Part shown: in pieces, positions 22,401 through 31,786 of the stretch
How positions within the stretch are numbered: the first letter of the stretch is position 1
Layout: every line of letters starts with the position of its first letter
From: Octopus bimaculoides
Taxonomy: Eukaryota
Direction: 5' to 3'
Assembly: GCF_001194135.2 (NCBI RefSeq)
Contig: NC_069005.1
Span: 24,807,427-24,841,059, forward strand
Length of the DNA stretch: 33,633 nt
Notes under the pieces: model-generated
What the model was told of the DNA's origin: nothing
The model's database searches: none
What the model saw: the letters and a program-made list of their open reading frames with translations, nothing else
Made by a program: the position numbers and the translations under genes

Positions 22401-23027
22401 TCACTTAAGCCACTCATGTGATGGTCTATTTCTTGGATTGGTCTAGTTCTATGTGGGATACAGTTTTGCATCCAATCACGTTGTACTATAGACCAACCAG
22501 CGTGGCAAAATAATTTTTCCTGTTTTCGCCAGTGAGGTGAGAATTTTCAGAGAGACTTCCAGGAAGCCATGTCACGTCATATTGTTCCTGTTTGCCAAGT
22601 ACTTATAACCAAGTTTTGACCGAGTTGAAAAGCACACAATATTAGACAGTTATCTTCATGATGTATCCTACTAGTTTGTTGTACAATTCGTTTAATGGAT
22701 GAATAAAGTGTCACAGTTCATTGATAAACCATTTTCTTGTATTTCTTTCCACTGTGTCATACACAGAACCAAGAACTTGAATAATACAAAGGCCAGGGAC
22801 ATGCATCATACGAGCTAAAGGGGCACTACCTGCAGAAGACAATATTCCTTTTCAAGAGCAGTTTAACATTACAAGAACCAGAGTTGAGCATTCTCAGACA
22901 TACGGGATCTTTCTGATTTGTGAGAGAAGTTATTTAAGCTTTCTGATAACAATAATAAAAGAATTTTTTTTTTACCTTGCCGTGGTTTGCTTCTGTAGAA
23001 ACTACATGATTCCTGACAGCCATTCAT
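7000..23027 (-). CDS. Receptor tyrosine kinase (spliced gene model), FN3-type ectodomain, Torso/Ret/FGFR-like; 5' end uncertain
   Basis: Exons 23027-22976, 21089-20911, 19735-19606, 19242-18953, gap-18296, 16614-16379, 14615-14483, 13866-13678, 12870-12712, gap-11004, 10072-9919, 9374-9119, 8101-8005 and 7150-7000 have GT-AG boundaries and compatible phases. Motifs seen: [37 protein letters not shown] helix is followed by RRRK, and the ectodomain has 13 N-x-S/T sequons. Confidence 0.92.
7257..7650 (+). mobile_element. tRNA-derived SINE family C, near full length
   Basis: A-box tggcccagtggttagg, B-box-like ggtttcaattccc; 3' part nearly identical to 32097-32340. Confidence 0.8.
7655..7900 (+). 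mobile_element. SINE family B, degraded
   Basis: ccttggacaaatgtcttctactatagcc...gatagaataagtaccaggctt. Confidence 0.7.
8005..8101 (-). CDS. RTK kinase exon (subdomains IX-X)
   Basis: tttttcag|GA ... TT|gtaagt; (G)[31 protein letters not shown](L); phase 1 to 2 fits both neighbours. Confidence 0.93.
8475..8580 (+). mobile_element. Left end of mariner-type MITE
   Basis: tgagggggagttgaaaagttcctggct...; same family as 21992-22207. Confidence 0.7.
8590..8920 (+). mobile_element. SINE family B
   Basis: ccgggttcagtcccactg...gactgaaacaagtaaaagaataaaag. Confidence 0.85.
9119..9374 (-). CDS. RTK kinase exon (catalytic loop, DFG, activation loop)
   Basis: tttcag|GAA ... G|gtaaga; [85 protein letters not shown]. 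Confidence 0.97.
9919..10072 (-). CDS. RTK kinase-insert and alphaE exon
   Basis: ttcccag|G ... ATG|gtacct; [51 protein letters not shown]; phase 2 to 0. Confidence 0.92.
10439..10934 (-). mobile_element. Tc1/mariner (maT/DD37D-like) transposase relic
   Basis: Broken frames [32 protein letters not shown] and [16 protein letters not shown] (SPDLN.LDY motif). Confidence 0.85.
11004..11097 (-). CDS. RTK kinase exon (subdomains IV-V), 5' part lost in N-gap
   Basis: [32 protein letters not shown]|gtaagt; runs into the gap at 11098-11668. Confidence 0.9.
11940..12655. repeat. Degenerate (TTCA/TTCTA)-rich minisatellite, ~52-bp monomer with a 156-bp higher-order duplication
   Basis: 12285-12440 and 12441-12596 are near-identical; source of the FHSICFIHS-type ORFs. 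Confidence 0.9.
12712..12870 (-). CDS. RTK juxtamembrane and kinase subdomain I-II exon
   Basis: ttcattccag|GT ... G|gtaaaa; [52 protein letters not shown]. Not in the ORF track. Confidence 0.93.
12886..13090 (-). mobile_element. SINE family B, 3' half, abutting an RTK acceptor
   Basis: Reverse complement of the B tail (gtttcagtcatttgac...gccatgctggagcacc...). Confidence 0.85.
13400..13560 (-). mobile_element. SINE family B, 5' body
   Basis: gggcttctttcagtttc...gaggctatagtagaagacacttgtcc...ggactgaacccag. Confidence 0.75.
13678..13866 (-). CDS. RTK transmembrane exon
   Basis: ttttcccag|AT ... T|gtaagt; [62 protein letters not shown]; hydrophobic run followed by a basic stop-transfer sequence. 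Confidence 0.9.
13910..14185. repeat. Compound (AGC)/(AGT)/(TG)/(CATA) microsatellite
   Basis: Directly visible. Confidence 0.9.
14483..14615 (-). CDS. RTK ectodomain exon (end of membrane-proximal FN3-like unit and stalk)
   Basis: ttgacag|GTA ... A|gtatgt; [44 protein letters not shown]; phase 0 to 1. Confidence 0.8.
14930..15130 (+). mobile_element. SINE 3' portion with (GAT)n tail
   Basis: ggttggcgttaggaagggcatccagctgta core and an RTE-like end ggacattaaacgatgatgatg. Confidence 0.65.
15170..15480 (-). mobile_element. Non-LTR retrotransposon 3' fragment (restriction-like endonuclease clade, R4/Dong-like)
   Basis: [39 protein letters not shown]...[17 protein letters not shown], the typical C-terminus of REL-type elements. 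Confidence 0.8.
15864..15954 (+). repeat. 91-bp dispersed repeat, arm 1 of an inverted pair
   Basis: 89/91 identical to the reverse complement of 18650-18740. Confidence 0.9.
15995..16310 (-). mobile_element. SINE family B with internal deletion
   Basis: Reverse-complement tail joined to the head (gaacctggaaccatgtggttggtaagcaagctacttaccac). Confidence 0.85.
16379..16614 (-). CDS. RTK ectodomain exon (FN3-like)
   Basis: ttttattccag|AA ... AAG|gttggt; [46 protein letters not shown]...[10 protein letters not shown]; FN3-like LSW.P, Y.V.W and LEP...Y.I pattern. Confidence 0.85.
16785..17088. mobile_element. piggyBac-like MITE
   Basis: TTAA|CCCATTACCT ... AGGTAATGGG|TTAA; internal 22-bp palindrome at 16798-16819. 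Confidence 0.75.
18296..18328 (-). CDS. 3' end of an RTK ectodomain exon emerging from an N-gap
   Basis: Open frame [11 protein letters not shown]|gtaagt with a perfect donor in phase 1, which is what is needed to link exon 18953 (phase 0 end) to exon 16614 (phase 1 start). Confidence 0.65.
18650..18740 (-). repeat. 91-bp dispersed repeat, arm 2 of an inverted pair
   Basis: Reverse complement of 15864-15954 with 2 mismatches. Confidence 0.9.
18953..19242 (-). CDS. RTK ectodomain exon
   Basis: tatttcacag|GA ... CAG|gtattg; [29 protein letters not shown]...[14 protein letters not shown]...SAGRQ; stop-free, phase 1 to 0. Confidence 0.72.
19320..19442 (+). mobile_element. Meta-like SINE head, followed by (GAT)n to about 19590
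   Basis: aggcagcgagctggcagaaacgttagcacgccgggcgaaatgc...ctttgcctttcatcctttc. Confidence 0.8.
19606..19735 (-). CDS. RTK ectodomain exon (C-half of an FN3-like unit)
   Basis: ttattgcag|ACA ... C|gtaagt; [43 protein letters not shown]; FN3 NL...F.L.AVN..G motif. Confidence 0.85.
19994..20194 (+). mobile_element. mariner transposase C-terminal relic
   Basis: [41 protein letters not shown]...[21 protein letters not shown], the Mos1/Hsmar-type C-terminus. Confidence 0.85.
20436..20790 (+). mobile_element. SINE family B
   Basis: Near-complete body, internal (TG)n and tail. Confidence 0.88.
20911..21089 (-). CDS. RTK ectodomain exon (N-half of an FN3-like unit)
   Basis: ttcttcacag|AT ... CAG|gtaagt; [59 protein letters not shown]. 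Confidence 0.85.
21992..22207. mobile_element. mariner-type MITE
   Basis: ta|tgagggggcactgaaaagttcctggct ... agccaggaacttttcagaactccttg|ta; TA TSD. Confidence 0.8.
22976..23027 (-). CDS. Small Cys-containing RTK ectodomain exon
   Basis: tttctttccag|ATG ... G|gtaaaa; [17 protein letters not shown]; the phase 1 end joins exon 21089 (G+AT = Asp). Confidence 0.65.
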
Positions 23028-23215
23028 CTGGAAAGAAATTAAAAAAAAAAATACAATTAATGACTGATTAGAAATGATAAAACATTTAATTGTAATTAGT
23101 AGAGCACAGGTTCCCAACCAGTGTATTTCAGCCCCCTTGGGGTGCCACGAGATCAATCGAGGGGTGCTGCAAGATCAACTGAGGGGTGCCGCAAAATATA
23201 CAAAATATACACACG

Positions 23216-23217
<2 letters not shown>

Positions 23218-23271
<54 letters not shown>

Positions 23272-24098
23272 NNNNNNNNNNNNNNNNNNNNNNNNNNNNN
23301 NNNNNNNNNNNNNNNNNNNNNNNNNNNNNNNNNNNNNNNNNNNNNNNNNNNNNNNNNNNNNNNNNNNNNNNNNNNNNNNNNNNNNNNNNNNNNNNNNNNN
23401 NNNNNNNNNNNNNNNNNNNNNNNNNNNNNNNNNNNNNNNNNNNNNNNNNNNNNNNNNNNNNNNNNNNNNNNNNNNNNNNNNNNNNNNNNNNNNNNNNNNN
23501 NNNNNNNNNNNNNNNNNNNNNNNNNNNNNNNNNNNNNNNNNNNNNNNNNNNNNNNNNNNNNNNNNNNNNNNNNNNNNNNNNNNNNNNNNNNNNNNNNNNN
23601 NNNNNNNNNNNNNNNNNNNNNNNNNNNNNNNNNNNNNNNNNNNNNNNNNNNNNNNNNNNNNNNNNNNNNNNNNNNNNNNNNNNNNNNNNNNNNNNNNNNN
23701 NNNNNNNNNNNNNNNNNNNNNNNNNNNNNNNNNNNNNNNNNNNNNNNNNNNNNNNNNNNNNNNNNNNNNNNNNNNNNNNNNNNNNNNNNNNNNNNNNNNN
23801 NNNNNNNNNNNNNNNNNNNNNNNNNNNNNNNNNNNNNNNNNNNNNNNNNNNNNNNNNNNNNNNNNNNNNNNNNNNNNNNNNNNNNNNNNNNNNNNNNNNN
23901 NNNNNNNNNNNNNNNNNNNNNNNNNNNNNNNNNNNNNTGTGTGTTTGTGTGTGAGTGTATGTGTGTGAATGTGTGTGTGAGTATGTGTGTGTGTGAGTGT
24001 GTGTGAGTGTGTGTGTGAATGTGTGTGTGAGTGAGTGTGTGAGTGTGTATGTGAGTGTGTGTGAGTGTGTGTGAGTGTGTGTGTGAGTGTGTGCGTGA

Positions 24099-24129
<31 letters not shown>

Positions 24130-24150
24130 CGTGCGTGTGTGTGTGCATGC
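23218..24150. repeat. (TG)n / (GTGA)n microsatellite flanking a 666-N gap
   Basis: Directly visible on both sides of the gap. Confidence 0.9.
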
Positions 24151-24284
24151 ATGATGCCTGAAACATCTGATATTTATCCCTTGCTAATGTACTGTACTGA
24201 TAATGCCACTTATTATGTCAGTGACACCATTCTGTCACTGATAACATTCACCAGATGATAATGTTTGTATCTGTTCCCTCTCCT

Positions 24285-24482
24285 TTCCACTATAGGCACA
24301 AGGCCTGAAATTTTGGTGGCAGATTCTAGTCGATTACATCAACCTCAGTGTTTCACTGGTACTAAAATTTATCGACCCCCAAAAGGATGAAAGCCAAAGT
24401 TGACCCCCGCGGAATTTGAACTCAGAACGTAGCAGCAGACAAAATACCACTGACCATTTCGTCCGGTTTGCTAACGATTCTG
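24285..24482 (-). mobile_element. Meta-like SINE
   Basis: ctggtactaaaatttatcgacccccaaaaggatgaaagccaaagttgacc...gaatttgaactcagaacg, reverse complement of the 6250 family. Confidence 0.75.
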
Positions 24483-24719
24483 TGAATGTTCTAAAGTGAT
24501 GCTATTGGAAGTAGATCCTCGTCGTTCATCGATAAGCGTGGGTTCAGTTCTTTGATTAGGTGAATTACTGCCCCTGAAGTACTACGTAAGGTGACTGATT
24601 GAGTATACCACGGATATGTTTATCCTTAACGTAATTCTCCGATGAAAAGGTGGCCGGTCAAAAATGAGCTAAACATTAAGAGAAAAGAGTGAATATATAT
24701 ACGTAAAGAAAAGAAAATC

Positions 24720-24891
24720 TAATGGCTGTGTGGTAAGTAGCTTGTTTACCAACCACATGGTTCCGGGTTCAGTCACACTGCGCGGCACCTTGGGCAAGTG
24801 TCTTCTACTATAGCCTCGGGCCGACCAAAGCCTTGTGAGTGGATTTGGTAGATGGAAACTGAAAGAAAACCGTCGTATGTGTGTGTGTGTG

Positions 24892-24922
<31 letters not shown>

Positions 24923-25112
24923 TTGCGCCTGTGTTTGTCCTTCCACCACTGCTGGTGTGTTTACGTCCTTGTAACTTAGCGGTTTAGCAAAAGAGACCGA
25001 TAGTATAAGTACTAGGCTTACAAAGAATAAGTCCCGGGGTCGATTTGTTTCAATGAAAGGTGGTGCTCCAGCATGGCCGCAGTCAAATGACTGAAACAAG
25101 TAAAAGAGTAAA
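24720..25112 (+). mobile_element. SINE family B, full length
   Basis: Head ggctgtgtggtaagtagcttg...ggttccgggttcagtc, core ccttgggcaagtgtc, internal (TG)n, tail aaacaagtaaaagag. Confidence 0.9.
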
Positions 25113-25220
25113 AAAAGCAAAAGAGGATACAATACTCACATTATTGCATCTATCTGAGCATTCATTTTCAGTGTCAGCATCCATTTGTTGAAACTAAGGA
25201 TGGAAAATGAAATAATGAAC

Positions 25221-25289
<69 letters not shown>

Positions 25290-25320
25290 TAATAATAACA
25301 ATAACAACAACAACAACAAC
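25221..25320. repeat. (AAT)n to (AAC)n microsatellite
   Basis: Directly visible; a similar (AAT)n lies at about 18205-18280. Confidence 0.95.
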
Positions 25321-25375
25321 ACTTTGCAACAAGTATCTATTTTCTTTTCTCCTTTTAATCTTTCGATCAATGTAC

Positions 25376-25513
25376 CGGCTCTGATTGTAAGATGTTTAAA
25401 AGCACATGTGATCTGGAATCACCCGAGAAGCAAGGTCGCTGGCTCAATGAACTCAGGTCATTAGCTTTGGATGTGATAGCTGTCAACAAGACCAAGATTT
25501 CCGACACACGCAT
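25376..25513 (-). CDS. Candidate first coding exon (signal-peptide-like)
   Basis: MRVSEILVLLTAITSKANDL...QSEP|gtacat, phase 0; unique sequence, but only a modest hydrophobic core and a weak donor. Confidence 0.3.
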
Positions 25514-26489
25514 CTTAACACCAATCTTTGGCGATTTTGAGATCTTTGCATCTTTTACTTGACCCGCGATCACACTCTCATTGCATATTATAAACCCACT
25601 GACTCTCACTTCAGTCTTGAATTTGTCTCCTCTTAATTTCTCCAAATAAACGAACCATCTCCTAATCCTATAATATCTCCATTTCCGCTCTTTATGCAAC
25701 CGAGACGAAAACAGGTTTTGCTATTTTCTTTGTAGACCCCCAACTCCCTCGCCAAAGAGATGAAAAGCAAAATTAATCATGGCGGGATTTCAACTCAAAG
25801 AATATGCAGTTGGTACAGTTTCCGGAAAACCATCTGTCCAACACTTGGACTTCTGCACAAATTCACTGTACACGCGCGCACACACACACACACACATTAC
25901 TTGCGTCAGTTAGCAGACTGCGGCCATGCTGGAGCACCACCTTGAAGAATTTTTAGTCAAATGAATCGATTCCAGTACAATTTTTTAAAGCCTGGTACTT
26001 CTTTTTTCGGTATCATANNNNNNNNNNNNNNNNNNNNNNNNNNNNNNNNNNNNNNNNNNNNNNNNNNNNNNNNNNNNNNNNNNNNNNNNNNNNNNNNNNN
26101 NNNNNNNNNNNNNNNNNNNNNNNNNNNNNNNNNNNNNNNNNNNNNNNNNNNNNNNNNNNNNNNNNNNNNNNNNNNNNNNNNNNNNNNNNNNNNNNNNNNN
26201 NNNNNNNNNNNNNNNNNNNNNNNNNNNNNNNNNNNNNNNNNNNNNNNNNNNNNNNNNNNNNNNNNNNNNNNNNNNNNNNNNNNNNNNNNNNNNNNNNNNN
26301 NNNNNNNNNNNNNNNNNNNNNNNNNNNNNNNNNNNNNNNNNNNNNNNNNNNNNNNNNNNNNNNNNNNNNNNNNNNNNNNNNNNNNNNNNNNNNNNNNNNN
26401 NNNNNNNNNNNNNNNNNNNNNNNNNNCTATCTATCTATCTATCTATCTATATTCACACACACACACATACGAGGCGTCTTCTGTAACCT

Positions 26490-26765
26490 TAGACCGACCA
26501 AAGCTTTATGAGTGGATTTGGCTGACGAAACACATACATACATGCATATATGTTGTGTGTGTGTGCGTGTTTCAGTTTGTTTACGTCCCTGTAACATAGC
26601 AGTTCGGCAAAACCGACCGATAGAATAAGTACCAGACTTCTGAAAAAACAAAAGAAAACAAAAAACAAAAAAAAAAGACCTGGGATCGATTTGTTCAATA
26701 AAAGTTCTTCAAGGTGGTGCCCCAGCATGGCCGCCGTCAAACGACTGAAACAAGTAAAAGATAAA
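26490..26765 (+). mobile_element. SINE family B, diverged
   Basis: gaccaaagctttatgagtggatttgg...gactgaaacaagtaaaag. Confidence 0.75.
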
Positions 26766-27220
26766 AGGAAGGAAGGAAGGAAGGAAGGAAAACAAACAAA
26801 CGAGGAAAGGAGGGAAGGGAAGAAGGAACTGTGAAAACGGGTAATAAGGAAATGGGTGCGAGTGAAAGGTGACTGAGTCGGTAGTTCATGCATCAGTTGT
26901 TGTGTCATAGATGTGATGATAAGACAACTGCAGATGTGGTGCAGACTCGATAATGCAGCCGGGTTCGTGGCAATAGTGGAGACATGTAGATTGCCTGCCA
27001 CGTTTACAAGAGATGTGGGTGAGAATGCCACGGGCAGCCTTCGACTTTTTCTATTCAAGGAATTTATTTTTAACCCCGATATTTATAATATGGGGATGTA
27101 GAGGTAGGGAGGGATCTGAACAGACGTAGTAACTTCGGTGTCTGGCATCTGCACCTTGCCAGGAATGGTCAGATAGAGAGGCATCACTGGTATCTTCATT
27201 CAACACTTAATCACTCACTT

Positions 27221-28233
27221 GATAGCTCCTAGCACCACTTGATGGCTCCTAGCACCACTCGATGGCTCCTAGCACCACTTGATGACTCCTAGCACCACTT
27301 GATGACTCCTAGCACCACTTTATGGCTCCTAGCACCACTTGATGGCTCCGAGCACCACTTTATGGCTCCTAGCACCACTTGATGGCTAGTGGCACCACTT
27401 GATGGCTAGTGGCACCACTTGATGGCTCCTGGCACCACTTGATGGCTCCTGGCACCACTTAATGGTTCCTGGCACCACTTGATGGCTCCTGGCACCACTT
27501 GATGGCTCCTAATACCACTTGATGGCTCCTAACACCACTTGATGGCTCTTAGCACTACTTGATGTCTCCTAACACCACTTGATGGCTCCTAACACCACTT
27601 GATGACTCCTAGCACCACTCGATGGCTCCTAGCACCACTCGATGGCTCCTAGCACCACTCCATGGTTCCTAGCGCCACTTGATGGCTCCTAGCACCACTC
27701 CATGGTTCCTAGCACCACTTGATGTTTCCTAGCATCACTCGATGGCTCCTCGCACCACTTGATTGTTCCTAGCACCACTTGATGGCTCCTAGCACCACTT
27801 GATGGCTCATAGCACCACTTGATGTCTCCTAACACCACTTGATGGCTCCTAACACCACTCGATGGCTCCTAGCACCACTCGATGGCTCCTAGCACCACTC
27901 GATGGCTCCTCGCACCACTTGATTGTTCCTAGCACCACTTGATGGCTCCTAGCAGCACTTGATGGCTCCTAGCACCACTTGATGGCTCCTAACACCACTT
28001 GATGGCTCCTAACACCACTTGATGGCTCCTAGCACCACTTGATGGCTCCTAGCACCACTCGATGGCTCCTAGCACCACTCGATGGCTCCTAGCACCACTC
28101 GATGGTTCCTAGCGCCACTTGATGGCTCCTAGCACCACTTGATGGTTCCTAGAACCACTTGATGGCTCCTAGCATCACTTAATGGCTCCTAGCACCACTT
28201 GATGGCTCCTAGCACCACTTGATGGCTCCTAGC
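27221..28233. repeat. 20-bp minisatellite, 50 full copies plus a partial (GATGGCTCCTAGCACCACTT)
   Basis: Exact 20-bp register is kept throughout, with substitutions only. Confidence 0.97.
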
Positions 28234-28340
28234 GCTACACCCCGATTCCACACCCCGGTGCCTTACTTCAGCTGGTGAGCTAATCCAAGCGAAGGGAAGG
28301 TGTTAACACTGCACCAGTAGGCGAAAGACACCGGGTAACG

Positions 28341-28595
28341 CAGTGGTTCTCAACTGAGGTCCTTATGGCCCGCGGGTGGAGGTTCATATAAGATCATGTT
28401 GTTAAAATTCACGGGCAGAAAACTGGTTATATTTCTACTATACATAAAAATATTTAAACATTTTTTTTTTTAATACAATTCCTTATAAAAATATAACAGG
28501 AGTTTTTAGACCCGGAATGGAAGTGAGGATCCCTCTCTCTTGAGTAAAACAAGAATCAAAGAAGTCCATAGGTAAAAAGTGGTTGAGAACCACTG
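28341..28595. mobile_element. hAT (Charlie-like) MITE
   Basis: TIRs cagtggttctcaac / gttgagaaccactg; flanks gggtaacg vs gggtaaga (6/8 match). Confidence 0.8.
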
Positions 28596-28999
28596 GGGTA
28601 AGACGTCCCAAGGAGTCACCAGCTAGGGCGGAGGAACTTGCGCAGGTCAACGGCCTGGTGTTCGGGGCCCTTATGTAGGGGCGTACGGTTGTATTAACAG
28701 CTGAGAGAGGAACGAGCACTGCCAAACTAACTTATTGGTGACGCATTCATGACGATGAGAACCAGATTAGGACTCATACCGGATTCGTCGTCGGTCGGAT
28801 TAACATCAAAGGGAGGTCAGACCGCATCTTTGCCGAATCACAGTTAGCAGCAGAAGAAGGAGAGAATTGGTGAATTCTGGTGGCATCGTCATCAACGAAT
28901 GCCCCAACAACCGCACGGTCAAGGGATAGGCATTATTTATAGATTTGTCTGCTTTGAGATCTGCCATTCCCAAAACGAATTTTATATATACATGCATGC

Positions 29000-29030
<31 letters not shown>

Positions 29031-29200
29031 TGTATGTATGTATGTATGTGTGTATGTGTATATACATATAGATCCCGGAGATGTACTTGCATAGCAAATG
29101 ACTTCATCCCAAATCGTGTGCTAAAATAAAAATAACTGCAGCGTGGAAGGTGTTTATAAGTCATTTAAAAACACACAAAAACCGTTAGATTCACTTCAAC

Positions 29201-29297
29201 ATTTAAATTTAATTTGTCAAAATATTTTCGTCGCTTTGAACGTGAACAGGTCGCGGTTTCAAAGCGTCGAAAACATTTTGACAAATTAAATTTAAAT
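29201..29297. repeat. 40-bp inverted repeat with 17-nt loop at a gap edge
   Basis: Arms 29201-29240 and 29258-29297, 38/40 complementary. Confidence 0.85.
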
Positions 29298-31721
29298 NNN
29301 NNNNNNNNNNNNNNNNNNNNNNNNNNNNNNNNNNNNNNNNNNNNNNNNNNNNNNNNNNNNNNNNNNNNNNNNNNNNNNNNNNNNNNNNNNNNNNNNNNNN
29401 NNNNNNNNNNNNNNNNNNNNNNNNNNNNNNNNNNNNNNNNNNNNNNNNNNNNNNNNNNNNNNNNNNNNNNNNNNNNNNNNNNNNNNNNNNNNNNNNNNNN
29501 NNNNNNNNNNNNNNNNNNNNNNNNNNNNNNNNNNNNNNNNNNNNNNNNNNNNNNNNNNNNNNNNNNNNNNNNNNNNNNNNNNNNNNNNNNNNNNNNNNNN
29601 NNNNNNNNNNNNNNNNNNNNNNNNNNNNNNNNNNNNNNNNNNNNNNNNNNNNNNNNNNNNNNNNNNNNNNNNNNNNNNNNNNNNNNNNNNNNNNNNNNNN
29701 NNNNNNNNNNNNNNNNNNNNNNNNNNNNNNNNNNNNNNNNNNNNNNNNNNNNNNNNNNNNNNNNNNNNNNNNNNNNNNNNNNNNNNNNNNNNNNNNNNNN
29801 NNNNNNNNNNNNNNNNNNNNNNNNNNNNNNNNNNNNNNNNNNNNNNNNNNNNNNNNNNNNNNNNNNNNNNNNNNNNNNNNNNNNNNNNNNNNNNNNNNNN
29901 NNNNNNNNNNNNNNNNNNNNNNNNNNNNNNNNNNNNNNNNNNNNNNNNNNNNNNNNNNNNNNNNNNNNNNNNNNNNNNNNNNNNNNNNNNNNNNNNNNNN
30001 NNNNNNNNNNNNNNNNNNNNNNNNNNNNNNNNNNNNNNNNTTCAAGTGATTAGTTGAAGGGAAAGGGGTGGGGGAGAAGGAAAAAGGAGAAAGAAAAAGA
30101 GGACAGCTGCTTCGAAACCTGCAACTCCTCTATTTTCTAATTATAAATTCACTTGCAGGACCCGTGAATATTTCACGGAATCAATGGTAAACCTATTGGG
30201 TTATTCCTGAAAACTTTATCCCAAAACCTGAAAGCGTAGTCTGTGTTGTGTCTGTATCAAAAAAATAGTTGCTCGTCTGCTATTCACTGAAAAATGAAGG
30301 AAATTGGAATACGATGATTACTTAATGCACTTTATATACTTTATGCACAATTTTATAGACTTATTTTTTCCATTTTCCCCATAAAAATAAATATTCTATA
30401 CATATGATACAACCTTTAGTTAAATTGCATATATCTATCACAAATATTTCGCGGAATTGCACTCATGCACATGCATTAAGCGATGGGTGATATGAAAAAA
30501 TTTTAGTCTAAATAAAAAATAAGTCCCCTTTTCACTATCCACACACCACTGCTACCTCAACCACAACCACCACCATCTTCACCTACCACGCGTCATATAC
30601 GCTCTTTTTCTCTCCCCGTCTTTTCTCTCTCTCTATCTCTTTCTGCCTCACTCTTCGCCTTATCCTCTTTTTCTCTCTCCATTTTCTTTCTCCTCACTTT
30701 CCCTTCAACTAATCACTTGAAAGCGTTACAATTACATTCCCCCTACCTCATGTCATAGACGCTTCTCTCTCTCTCTCTCTCTCTTTTTCTCTAATCACGT
30801 TGGTGATTTCCTCTCCTTCTTTGGACCTTTTCCTATCTCCTTTCCCGACGAAGAGCTATGCTCGAAACATCAAACTCTCTCCTTTCACCGATCGTCAACC
30901 TAATACATTTCTTATGTACGTTCTCATGTTGTCCGCGTTTATTCGTTTATTNNNNNNNNNNNNNNNNNNNNNNNNNNNNNNNNNNNNNNNNNNNNNNNNN
31001 NNNNNNNNNNNNNNNNNNNNNNNNNNNNNNNNNNNNNNNNNNNNNNNNNNNNNNNNNNNNNNNNNNNNNNNNNNNNNNNNNNNNNNNNNNNNNNNNNNNN
31101 NNNNNNNNNNNNNNNNNNNNNNNNNNNNNNNNNNNNNNNNNNNNNNNNNNNNNNNNNNNNNNNNNNNNNNNNNNNNNNNNNNNNNATATATATATATATA
31201 TATATATATAACATTTAATTTGTGTTCGTGGGAAGAGCCATTTTAACGATGCGTGCTGCCCTAACTCTTCGAAACGCCGTGTGTTTCTGTTACTTCTATC
31301 AAAACGTTACCACTGCATATGTGCAGTGGTAACATCCTCATTGGTTCCTGTTTCGTTACGAACACTGAACTCCAATCATATCACACACCCACGCATCTCT
31401 TCTATTACTTTTCTTTTCTTTTCTTCCCCCAACTCCATCAACCTCTGCAGAAATTCTAACCTAACAGGACCTCATCGTTACTGACAAAACTGCAAAATTT
31501 CTGTAATAGGTTCATTGCACTTCCCCGAACTGCAAATCTCTAGATGTCTGTAAGGAACGGTACAATCTCTTTTGCAAGAGATTATGTTTTATCAATTTGT
31601 TGTAGGTTCTGTACAACTCCGTGAAACGGAAATGGTGTTAGGCATATATCAAACATATGGAATCAGGTTTCAACAGAACTGATCACACACATCAACACAA
31701 TCACACATACACGCGCACACA

Positions 31722-31785
<64 letters not shown>

Positions 31786-31786
31786 C
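31722..31786. repeat. (GCAC)n microsatellite
   Basis: Directly visible; runs into a gap. Confidence 0.95.

Noticed and set aside
22560-22830. Possible exon after ttctgcag (Cys-containing frames)
   Set aside because: All three frames hit stops, and exon 22976 links directly to 21089.
24590-24670. Candidate exon LIFDRPPFHRRITLRINISV after a long pyrimidine tract
   Set aside because: Phase-compatible but no recognisable motif; cannot be supported without cDNA.
6250-25112. tRNA genes
   Set aside because: A/B-box-like motifs are SINE heads; no cloverleaf or anticodon arm could be supported.
26489-27101. ORFs in the unique-looking stretch before the minisatellite
   Set aside because: No recognisable domain or splice structure; partly built from SINE and GGAA repeats.
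27221-28233. CRISPR-like array
   Set aside because: Head-to-tail 20-bp units with no unique spacers, no cas genes and a eukaryotic context.
31306-31333. 28-bp near-perfect palindrome gttaccactgcatatgtgcagtggtaac
   Set aside because: Isolated and short, with no TSD or other context.
31480-31545. Minus-strand Cys-containing frame HLEICSSGKCNEPITEILQFC
   Set aside because: Short, phase 2 to 2, and not linkable to the model.
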